The translations under genes were made by a program, and so were the position numbers. Positions 38,495 through 46,171 of a stretch of DNA of 64,000 nt are shown in pieces. The notes under the pieces were generated by a model. The model was not told the DNA's origin, searched no databases, and was given only the letters and a program-made list of their open reading frames with translations. The DNA comes from Bacteroidales bacterium (GTDB lineage Bacteria > Bacteroidota > Bacteroidia > Bacteroidales > JAIOZK01): positions 37,964 to 101,963 of the forward strand of contig JAIOZK010000011.1 of NCBI GenBank assembly GCA_021740625.1, read 5' to 3'. Each line of letters opens with the position of its first letter. The first letter of the stretch is position 1.

Positions 38495-39526
38495 TCACCA
38501 TCCCGTAGAAATACTCCCATCCATAATTCCTTCCCTGATATACTCAATATTTGTTTTCACTGAATCCGGGATCAGGTCTTCATAATCATGATAGGGTGCC
38601 ATCCCTACACCCTGGTTGGAAAGTTTTCCGTGATACACGCTTCCAGAGGGAAAATTTTCTTCAACGAAGAGGCGGATGATATCATAAACGGCATGGTCCA
38701 GTCCTTTCATGGCACTGGAAAGCAATCTGTCAGAAACTTCGGGAAAAGAGTAATACTGATCCACATCCACACCTATTGCCCATTTGCTTTTTTCTTTTGC
38801 TTTCAACAGGGCGCCATTGCCGGTTTCACTGCCCACACCAAAGATTACATCAGCACCCAGCTCAATGAGGCTGTCGGCAAGCCCGGCTCCCTTTTCCTGA
38901 TCAATGAAAGAATTTGTATAAGCATTGATGGTATCCACATTTTTGTCATATTCCATGTTGAAACGCATGGCCCCTTTGTTAAAAGGTTCGATGAATTGCC
39001 TGATCTGCGGAATATACATAGCACCAATAGATCCCAGTACCGGACCAGTAGCATCCATTCTGTCGGCCCAGTAAGCCGCCAGGAACCCCAGTGGGAAGGC
39101 AGCTTCATCCACATCAAATAATATACTCGCGGTATTTTCGGGTGATTGCACCAGCTTTGCATCCACCAGTACGAACCTTGAATCAGGATAGGATTGTGCG
39201 GCATTTGTAACTGCTTCATTCCACATGTATCCGATGGCAATGATCATATCAAAGCCCCGATCGCCGTATAAAGTCAGTCTTTCCAGGTATTCATTCGTGC
39301 TGGTGTCGATATTGTATTCAATGTGCAGATCGAAATCTGTTCCGGCTTTTTGAGCGCCTTCTTTGCAAGACAGGAGAAAGGCCCTGTCATCGAAAGAAGC
39401 ACCACTGGCCAGCATGGCTATCTTGTATTCAGCCAACGGTTCTTCCTCATTGGCTTTTTTGCAGGAATGATATAAAAGGATAGGAAGAATCATTAAAAGT
39501 ATGATACAAACAGATTTTTTTCTCAT
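38495..39526 (-). CDS. BMP-family (PnrA/Med-like) ABC-transporter substrate-binding lipoprotein
   Basis: It has a lipoprotein signal (LLYHSC). The motifs DD.AF, FDMIIAIGY, VIFGVGSETGNGA and WAIGVDVDQ are typical of the Bmp family. Confidence 0.75.
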   Translation of the reverse strand: MRKKSVCIILLMILPILLYHSCKKANEEEPLAEYKIAMLASGASFDDRAFLLSCKEGAQKAGTDFDLHIEYNIDTSTNEYLERLTLYGDRGFDMIIAIGYMWNEAVTNAAQSYPDSRFVLVDAKLVQSPENTASILFDVDEAAFPLGFLAAYWADRMDATGPVLGSIGAMYIPQIRQFIEPFNKGAMRFNMEYDKNVDTINAYTNSFIDQEKGAGLADSLIELGADVIFGVGSETGNGALLKAKEKSKWAIGVDVDQYYSFPEVSDRLLSSAMKGLDHAVYDIIRLFVEENFPSGSVYHGKLSNQGVGMAPYHDYEDLIPDSVKTNIEYIREGIMDGSISTGW

Positions 39527-39569
39527 GAATATTCAGTTATTTATCTATTTCAAATATAGAGAAATATGA

Positions 39570-40222
39570 TCAATTCTTTTGCAAAACATAGTACACAGAA
39601 TGAAATTGTGAAGGATTTTTCCTGAATTGTTCAATTTCTGCCAGGTCGGACCCAAAGTAGGTTTTCAATGTTCTATCCTGATATAAACTGATCGCATGCT
39701 CAAGACCTGCATAATAGTCATTCCACCATACATCCGAATCAAGGTGGAAGAAATCCAGCAGCCTGCAATTGCATTTTTTAATCAATTGCATTTTTCCCGG
39801 ATGATCTTTGTATTCATCGTGTATGACCAGATATGCCTTTTTTTTTTTAGCAAATTAACAATCGCAGGGAATGATTTCCTGAAACCGACTACATTCAGAA
39901 AACCTTCTGCCAGGATGAGATCATAATGCTCCACATGGGTTTTCATTTCAGAGAAGCTGATTTGAAAAGGCTCAATAGTACCTTTGAGTGGTATGGTCCT
40001 GATTCTTTCTTTCAAAACCTGAATAGAAGTCGCGTCAGGATCAACGGCTGTGATATGTACATTATGGTTTTTGGCCATGAATAGAGCAGGCACTCCTGTA
40101 CCACATCCGATATCAAGTATTTCAGCATTCTCAGGCAGGGAAATCCCGGAAATTGCACGGGATAAGTATTTTAACAATCCTTTGCGGTATGCATCCCTGA
40201 TATTGTGATATTCGACCTGCAT
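39570..40222 (-). pseudogene. Class I SAM-dependent methyltransferase interrupted by a frameshift in an A11 tract
   Basis: The upstream ORF 39782..40222 has the SAM motif ILDIGCGTGVP. The reading frame is lost at the homopolymer 39838-39848 (T11 on plus, A11 on the coding strand). Adding one A restores ...LLKKKKAYLVIHDEYKDHPGKMQLIKK..., which joins in frame to ORF 39570..39791. Confidence 0.7.
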
Positions 40223-40234
40223 TTTAAATATGAA

Positions 40235-40513
40235 TTAAAAACTCCAGTTAATAAAGGGCATGGATCTTTTTTCATTGGCATTGCATAGCCCAAGCTGAAA
40301 TCCCCTGAGTTTTGCACCTTTATTAAACAGCCCGATCTGCAAACCATGGGTACGGGCCGTTTGGTTCACCATTCCGAGGGAAATCCCGTTGATCTTTTTA
40401 TAAAGATTCCAAAGTAAATTGACCGATAATCCGTTCACCTGCTTTCCCATGCTAAAATTCACAAAGAAAAACAACAAGAATACATTCTTACAATTGATCC
40501 TGTTTGTATTCAT
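40235..40513 (-). CDS. Hypothetical protein fragment with G.Q.GL.N repeats and a C-terminal Phe
   Basis: The repeats NGLSVNLLWN, NGISLGMVN, HGLQIGLFN and RGFQLGLCN are present, and the protein ends in INWSF. Its atypical N-terminus begins exactly where the yoeB remnant loses homology. It is probably the 3' fragment of a larger gene. Confidence 0.35.
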   Translation of the reverse strand: MNTNRINCKNVFLLFFFVNFSMGKQVNGLSVNLLWNLYKKINGISLGMVNQTARTHGLQIGLFNKGAKLRGFQLGLCNANEKRSMPFINWSF

Positions 40514-40613
40514 CAAGCTTAATTAAATTGTTAATTTCTTTTAAGATCTTTTTATCAGCTTTCTGCCAATATAGATAATCTTCCCATGCATTTTCTGAGA
40601 AAGTAACTACCAT
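40488..40613 (-). pseudogene. yoeB: Truncated YoeB/Txe-family toxin remnant
   Basis: Manual translation gives MVVTFSENAWEDYLYWQKADKKILKEINNLIKL. This matches the YoeB N-terminus (compare E. coli MKLIWSEESWDDYLYWQETDKRIVKKINELIKD). It then diverges (DEYKQDQL*) and stops, so the catalytic C-terminal two-thirds are missing. Confidence 0.7.
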
Positions 40614-40614
40614 T

Positions 40615-40865
40615 TTAAAAGTTTATTTCCGGATTCACTGTCCTGCCTGAATTCATTTGCTGAATGGACTCATAAAGTCTGTCAGCTTTCTTTTTTGAGC
40701 TTAACAGGTGAATTGTTTCCATTAATGAATTATACTCATCAAGAGATATTAAAACGGTGCCTTTACCAGTTTTTCTTTTTATAATTAATGTTTCATTATT
40801 ATCTTCAACACTATCGAGATATTTTTTTAACCTTGTTCTAAACTCTGAATAATTTGCACAATCAT
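40615..40865 (-). pseudogene. yefM: YefM/Phd-family antitoxin, apparently frameshifted just after the start codon
   Basis: Manual translation gives ..ANYSEFRTRLKKYLDSVEDNNETLIIKRKTGKGTVLISLDEYNSLMETIHLLSSKKKADRLYESIQQMNSGRTVNPEINF*. The only upstream ATG (40863-40865) is out of frame with this translation, and the span is 251 nt rather than 252. The stop lies 1 nt before the yoeB ATG. Confidence 0.65.
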
Positions 40866-40895
40866 TTTGTTCGTTTTTAAGTTCTTAATAAAGGA

Positions 40896-40903
40896 CAAAC
40901 ATA
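40896..40903 (-). promoter_or_regulatory. Bacteroidota-type -7 box (TAtgTTTG) upstream of yefM
   Basis: The plus strand reads CAAACATA, giving TATGTTTG on the minus strand 31 nt upstream of the ATG at 40865. Confidence 0.4.
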
Positions 40904-41167
40904 AGTACTTTATTGATAATTTGTAACATTTTTCTCGAGACACAGTTCAATTATAAAGCCTAACTTGTTTATACATTCACTTTCCCCAACCAAAATTCCC
41001 TAATCCATTATATACTCTTATGAGCCTTTTATGGTTAAAAAATATCCGATCAACGAACACTCATTGAAGCTTTAGGATCACTCGCAAGGGGTCTTTGCCG
41101 TGAAAGCTCCAACTAACCAAGAAAACACAAAGAAATGCTTCAATTTCTATTTTTTCTCTTACTTTCA

Positions 41168-41250
41168 TTCGCATATCGTTATGTCGTGCAATCGATTAAT
41201 CGCTATATTTAAATAACCCCTGATTGCACGATTGAACGACTGGGAGATTT
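41168..41250. repeat. Solo degenerate partial copy of the 107-bp repeat unit
   Basis: ttcgcatatcgttatgtcgtgcaatcgattaatcgctata...attgcacgattgaacgactgg aligns with the array unit ttcgaatatcgttacgtcgtgcaatcgcttaatcgctaca...attgcacgattgatcgattgg. The orientation is the same. The 5' hairpin arm is missing. Confidence 0.65.
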
Positions 41251-41389
41251 GTTAAAACTCAAGAATGAAATCCCCGAGGCGAGACTGTAGGTTATGGAGT
41301 TGAAATATCTGCTTGATTCCCCATAAGGGCTGAGAACCTGAGGTCGTTAGGCAAGTTAAACCCTTGAGATTCCTCGACAGATAAAATTA

Positions 41390-42205
41390 TCATGTTGTTT
41401 TCTTTGTCAGCATCACCAGTAACAATACAAGCACAATGCTTACCGCGTAGGAGATCAATGTACCAATTACAAAACCGAATTCCGGAAAAACAAACATGGC
41501 CGCAATGGCATATGAAAAAAGTGAAAGAGAGCCGAGAGGAACCTTTTGAAATCCCGGGAACAAGCTTTCGGGACCGTAATACCAGTGCAAGATGAGGAGC
41601 ATGGATGAAAAAGCGGCGGGGAACATGGCAAAAACTCCTCCCCAGAAAGGACTCAGTAATTTCCCAAGCAATACAACCAGGAAAATGATCAGTCCGGCGA
41701 AAAGGGCTCTGCCAACTTTTTGCATGGGAGTATACTGCAACCTGGTCGGTTTTTCATGTTTCTTCCGGTGAAGCAATACATGGGTGAGGAGGGTGAGCAA
41801 GAAATATCCTGTAATACCCACCGGCAGATTGTCTATCTCAAGAATGGCAAAAGGAAGGGAAAAAATAAACCAGAAGGTCAGGCTGATGCCAAAAGTAAAA
41901 ATGATCTGTCTGCTTCTATCTCCGATGATGCGCGAGATGTTTTCTGCAAGATATGCATAAATAGCTGTAAAAAGCACAGTAAGTCCCAGCGGAATGAGGG
42001 TTGAAGGCACTACTTTCGCCACTGTTTCAGGAGAAAGTGCCCAGCCCAGAAAGAAAAAGCCCAATGCAATGGTACTGGGAAAGGTCAGGATGATGCCCGA
42101 TAGTTTCCTGCCAGCCTTTTCTGCTATAAAGGATTGCAGGCCGATGAACCCTCCGCCTACAACAAAGGAAGTAATTAGCTGGATGATAAACAGTTTGTCG
42201 CTCAT
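41390..42205 (-). CDS. Polytopic membrane protein (about 8 TM), function unknown
   Basis: It is hydrophobic throughout from MSDKLFIIQLITSFVVGGGFIG. The two halves look internally duplicated. The listed ORF extends to 42403, but that extension is not membrane-like. Confidence 0.6.
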   Translation of the reverse strand: MSDKLFIIQLITSFVVGGGFIGLQSFIAEKAGRKLSGIILTFPSTIALGFFFLGWALSPETVAKVVPSTLIPLGLTVLFTAIYAYLAENISRIIGDRSRQIIFTFGISLTFWFIFSLPFAILEIDNLPVGITGYFLLTLLTHVLLHRKKHEKPTRLQYTPMQKVGRALFAGLIIFLVVLLGKLLSPFWGGVFAMFPAAFSSMLLILHWYYGPESLFPGFQKVPLGSLSLFSYAIAAMFVFPEFGFVIGTLISYAVSIVLVLLLVMLTKKTT

Positions 42206-42257
42206 ATTGCTATACCTATGGTGGAAAGTATAAACGGACCAATATGTATTGTCTTTT

Positions 42258-42479
42258 TCATTCCTTACTTTCAAACTGAATTGCACTGTTAAAGGGATTT
42301 GCAATATTATTATGAATAGAACAGTGATCAATACCTGGGGAGAGACTTTTTGTTGTGCCTCCCTCGGCTTCATAAATGGTATCAGAGGAGTAGAATGGAT
42401 CAAACTTATGATAAATAATTTGCGAAGTACACAACTGACCTGTTGCCATAAAAATCAATAGAAAAAGCAATGATCTCAT
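42258..42479 (-). CDS. Small secreted ORF ending in a truncated T9SS-tail-like motif (possible gene remnant)
   Basis: A signal peptide (MRSLLFLLIFMATGQLCTSQ) is present. The C-terminal NIANPFNSAIQFE resembles the start of the (Y)PNPFN..T.I.F sorting-domain motif, but the ORF stops after 5 more residues. Confidence 0.35.
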   Translation of the reverse strand: MRSLLFLLIFMATGQLCTSQIIYHKFDPFYSSDTIYEAEGGTTKSLSPGIDHCSIHNNIANPFNSAIQFESKE

Positions 42480-42537
42480 GGGTAAATTTTTATTCAAAAA
42501 TAATCAAACTGCAGTGCAAAATCAATATGATCTTTGG

Positions 42538-43240
42538 TTGCGCGATTAGACGATTTAGCGATGTAGCGATTGGGGCGTACTTCGAATATCGTTACGTCGT
42601 GCAATCGCTTAATCGTTACATCCATGCAATCTACAATTGCGCGATTGACCGATTATACGATATACCGATGTAGCGATTGGGGCGTACTTCGAATATCGTT
42701 ACATCGTGCAATCGCTTAATCGCTACATCCATGCAATCTACAATTGCACGATTGATCGATTGGACGATTTAGCGATGTAGCGATTGGAGCGTACTTCGAA
42801 AATCGTTACGTCGTGCAATCGCTTAATCGCTACATCCATACAATCTACAATTGCGCGATTGACCGATTAGACGATTGAGCGATGTAGCGATTGGAGCGTA
42901 CTTCGAAAATCGTTACGTCGTGCAATCGCTTAATCGCTACATCCATGCAATCTACAATTGCGCGATTGATCGATTGGACGATTTAGCGATGTAGCGATTG
43001 GAGCGTACTTCGAAAATCGTTACGTCGTGCAATCGCTTAATCGCTACATCCATACAATCTACAATTGCGCGATCGACCGATTAGACGATTTAGCGATGTA
43101 GCGATTGGACGATTGAGCGATGTAGCGATTTATTGGAGCGTACTTCGAAAATCGTTACGTCGTGCAATCGCTTAATCGCTACATCCATACAATCTACAAT
43201 TGCGCGATTGACCGGTTAGACGATATACCGATGTAGCGAT
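42538..43240. repeat. Tandem array of a 107-bp unit (about 6.4 copies, one unit expanded to 135 bp), with a hairpin in each unit
   Basis: Unit anchors (ttgcRcgatt) fall at 42538, 42636, 42744, 42851, 42958, 43065 and 43200. Units differ only by point changes and small indels. Each contains GATGTAGCGATTGGAGCG...CGCTTAATCGCTACATC, a stem of 12 perfect bp extendable to 18 bp with two G-U pairs, around a loop of about 27 nt. No ORF runs through the array, and it abuts the S9 peptidase stop codon. Confidence 0.9.
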
Positions 43241-45661
43241 TTAATGAGCAACAGACTTCTTCAGGTGTTTGTCCAGCCAGCGATCCTGCTCCCACAATAC
43301 ATGCAAAATGCTTTCTTTTGCCCGGTAGCCATGGCTTTCTTTGGGAAGCATCACCAGTCGGACGTTGGCGCCCAAACCTTTGAGTGCGTTAAAATAGCGC
43401 TCGCTTTGCATGGGATAGGTGCCACTGTTATTGTCGGCTTTGCCATGGACCAATAACAAAGGAGTTTTCATTTTATCTGCATGCATGAAAGGTGACATAT
43501 TATAATACACCTCGGGAGCTTCCCAGTAATTGCGTTCTTCACTCTGGAAACCAAAGGGTGTGAGTGTACGGTTATAGGCACCGCTGCGCGCGATACCGGC
43601 TGCAAAGAGCTCGGAATGCGACAGCAGGTTGGCAACCATGAAAGCGCCATAACTGTGTCCGCCCACAGCAACCTTTTCAGGATCAATATAACCCAGAGAA
43701 TCCACAGCATCGATGGCCGCTTTGGCATTTGCCACCAGTTGTTTGCGGAAAGAATCATTGGGTTCATCATCTCCTTCGCCTATGATGGGAAAAGCCGCAT
43801 CATCCAGCACTACATAACCTTTGGTTAGCCAGAAGAGGGGGGAGCCGTACCAGGGATAAATGAATTCGTTGGGATTCGATGTTTTTTGTGAAGCACTGGC
43901 TTTGTCCTTGAACTCTCTGGGATAAGCCCACAGAATCATGGGCATTTTTTCTTTTTTATCCATATCATAGCCTACCGGGAGATAGAGGGTGCCGTTGAGT
44001 TCCAGTCCATCGTCCCTCTTGTAGGTAATGACTTCCTTGTGCACATCCTGCAGGCTTTCGAAGGGATTTTCAAAGAATGTGAGCTGTTCAAGTTCTTCAT
44101 CCTTCAAATCCCGGAAAAAATAATTGGGGTAATCGGTTGGCGACTCTATGCGCACCAGCAATTCCTCCTGATCAGGATCATATTCCAGCAAGTTTTCCAG
44201 TTTATCGGTATATTCCGATTGATACAGTCTCTCTTTCTTTTTTGACTTCAGGTTCATTTTGTCGAGGAAAGGGAATTGCCCCGCATCCGAATAGCCGGCA
44301 CCAATAAGAAATGCATTCTTCCCTCTCAGCATCAACACATAGCTTCCCATTTCATTTCTTTCGTTCTGGAAACGACCAGGATCGCTGTACCTGTCTTGGT
44401 AGTTGCGGTCAAAAAGAACAACAGGTTCTTTCTTTGGTTTAGCAGGATCAAAAACATAGGTCTTGGTGTTGCGGGTATTCCACCAGTAGTCATAGGCAAT
44501 GGCCAGATGATCGTTGCCCCATTGTATACCACTATAACGATTTTGGGTTTTCAGAAGAGGTTCACCCTCGCCCTGAAAAGGAGCTTCCAGCAAAAAAACT
44601 TCATCCCGGTAGGCAACACTGCTGTCGGGGTCGCCGCCATCCAGAGCTTCTGCGTAGACGAGGGTAGAAGGTTTGTCATCACGCCAACCCAGGTTTCTCC
44701 TGCCCATTCTTACCGCCATGAAACCCTGTGGCAGGTCCTCGATCAGGGGTACGTCCAGAACGGTTTCTACTTTTTTTGCATTTTTGGTATAAATGCTTGT
44801 GGTGTAAGGAAAGCGGTAATAGGGCACAAGATATGAAAAGGGCCTGTGGATCTCGCTCACCATCACATATTCTCCATCCGGTGAAAAGCTGATCCCACGG
44901 TACATGGCACTGCCCAGCCACTTTTCTTTCTGCCCGCTGATGTATACCTTATAGATTTCAGAATGCGCAAGCTGCTCAAAATTGTGTTCATCGATCTTAT
45001 CGGATAAAAGATCCTGGTACGTTCTGTTTTGTGCTTTTTTGCCTTCATTGATAGAAACGGTGGGGCCGGTTGGCACGGCTTCGTCTTTGTCGATCAGTGT
45101 TTCCCTGTCTGCGGGCAACATTTTTACCAGCATGGCCCGGCTGTTTTCAAACCAGTTGATCTCATCACCCATGTTGGCATTGACGGTTGCTTCGGTTAGT
45201 TTCCTTACAGAGGCATTCTCCAGGTCGAGGACCCAGAGCTCCACGCCATCGCTCACGGTATGGGTAAAAGCCATCCTCTTTTGATCCGGTGACCAGGAAA
45301 AATTGGTCAGCAGTGGATTATCCGGGAGCCCTGCAACCTGCCGGGCATCTTTTTCGTTATTTCTGATATTCCTGATCTTTATATTATTATAATAGGTAGT
45401 GCGACTTACGATGTTGGTTTTTGGGTTGATCCTCAGTCCGGCCAAACGCATCTCTTCCTGCGAGAGCTCTTCAATGGTTTTGTATGCATCTCTGTAAAGC
45501 AGCACCATGAATTCCTGCCGGTCGTCCATTCTGACCGAAGGAGCACGTTCCACATCCACCAGTTCCAGGATTTCCTTCGGTGGCTTTTGATATTCAATAT
45601 TTTCCTGGGCATAAACACCCAGTAAACTCAGTGAAAATAATAAAACGAAAGTTTTCTTCAT
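43241..45661 (-). CDS. S9-family serine peptidase (prolyl oligopeptidase / dipeptidyl aminopeptidase type)
   Basis: A signal peptide starts at MKKTFVLLFSLSLLGVYAQ and the N-terminal half is beta-propeller-like. The C-terminal half is an alpha/beta hydrolase with the nucleophile elbow GGHSYGAFM. LLLVHGKADNN and the catalytic His region ESHGY are also present. Confidence 0.9.
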   Translation of the reverse strand: MKKTFVLLFSLSLLGVYAQENIEYQKPPKEILELVDVERAPSVRMDDRQEFMVLLYRDAYKTIEELSQEEMRLAGLRINPKTNIVSRTTYYNNIKIRNIRNNEKDARQVAGLPDNPLLTNFSWSPDQKRMAFTHTVSDGVELWVLDLENASVRKLTEATVNANMGDEINWFENSRAMLVKMLPADRETLIDKDEAVPTGPTVSINEGKKAQNRTYQDLLSDKIDEHNFEQLAHSEIYKVYISGQKEKWLGSAMYRGISFSPDGEYVMVSEIHRPFSYLVPYYRFPYTTSIYTKNAKKVETVLDVPLIEDLPQGFMAVRMGRRNLGWRDDKPSTLVYAEALDGGDPDSSVAYRDEVFLLEAPFQGEGEPLLKTQNRYSGIQWGNDHLAIAYDYWWNTRNTKTYVFDPAKPKKEPVVLFDRNYQDRYSDPGRFQNERNEMGSYVLMLRGKNAFLIGAGYSDAGQFPFLDKMNLKSKKKERLYQSEYTDKLENLLEYDPDQEELLVRIESPTDYPNYFFRDLKDEELEQLTFFENPFESLQDVHKEVITYKRDDGLELNGTLYLPVGYDMDKKEKMPMILWAYPREFKDKASASQKTSNPNEFIYPWYGSPLFWLTKGYVVLDDAAFPIIGEGDDEPNDSFRKQLVANAKAAIDAVDSLGYIDPEKVAVGGHSYGAFMVANLLSHSELFAAGIARSGAYNRTLTPFGFQSEERNYWEAPEVYYNMSPFMHADKMKTPLLLVHGKADNNSGTYPMQSERYFNALKGLGANVRLVMLPKESHGYRAKESILHVLWEQDRWLDKHLKKSVAH

Positions 45662-45838
45662 AATTATAACTTTTTGTAGACGAATCAAAGATAGGGATTA
45701 GTCGGTAGATTACTTTTTGAAGTTTACGGTTTACCGGATTGGTTTTGTGGATGGGGCAAGCCAGGATGTATCGATTTGCCCTTCTCTCAGTTTTTTCGAT
45801 TTTACCATGCGAAAGGCTGCCCGAAAAGTTAATAATTT

Positions 45839-45925
45839 CACGCAAAGCCGCAAAGACGCTATTATTGAGAAGTGAAGGCTTCACTCCAAAAAGCCTTCAC
45901 TCCAAAAAGGCTTCACTCCAAAACC
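45839..45925. repeat. Doubled-word element with a 3 x 16-nt tandem repeat
   Basis: cacgcaaagccgcaaagacgctattattgagaagtgaa is followed by ggcttcactccaaaaa / gccttcactccaaaaa / ggcttcactccaaaac (45877-45924). GTGAAGGC pairs with GCCTTCAC. The architecture parallels 61178-61215 (cacgaatgcacgaatagcattattcggaatgac). Confidence 0.7.
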
Positions 45926-46116
45926 TTATATAACTCATGTGTTTCAAAGAATATTCTCAAAAAAGTGTGACAAATTGCCTCCGAAAGGTATTAAGTAAAC
46001 AAAGCAATACCTATCCGTTCCTTAGAATGTGAATTCTCACCGGCTATTCACGATTTCGGTGATTCCGGAATACTTCGCTTATTGTCAGTTTACGATTCCA
46101 ATCCGGATGACCCGAT

Positions 46117-46150
46117 TAAAAAAGGCCCCATCTAATGATGGGGCCTTTTC
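46117..46150 (-). terminator. Rho-independent (bidirectional-looking) terminator after the DUF1015 gene
   Basis: The 9-bp stem GGCCCCATC / GATGGGGCC has a 4-nt loop. On the minus strand it is followed by T5, 24 nt past the stop codon. Confidence 0.75.
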
Positions 46151-46171
46151 CAATTATTTTGTTTCCCTGTA

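Noticed and set aside
42206-42403. N-terminal extension of the membrane protein ORF (listed start at 42403)
   Set aside because: The first 66 residues are not membrane-like and overlap the neighbouring small ORF region. The Met at 42205 (MSDKLFIIQL...) starts the hydrophobic core, so I preferred the shorter gene.
42538-43240. Possible CRISPR array (regularly spaced repeats)
   Set aside because: The 107-bp period is too long. The whole unit is repeated with only point differences, so there are no unique spacers between conserved repeats. No cas genes are in the window. It is a tandem minisatellite-like repeat, not a CRISPR array.
45739-45933. Listed 64-aa ORF in the gap upstream of the S9 peptidase
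   Set aside because: It reads through the 16-nt tandem repeats and the doubled-word element. There is no start context and no family resemblance. I treat it as non-coding.
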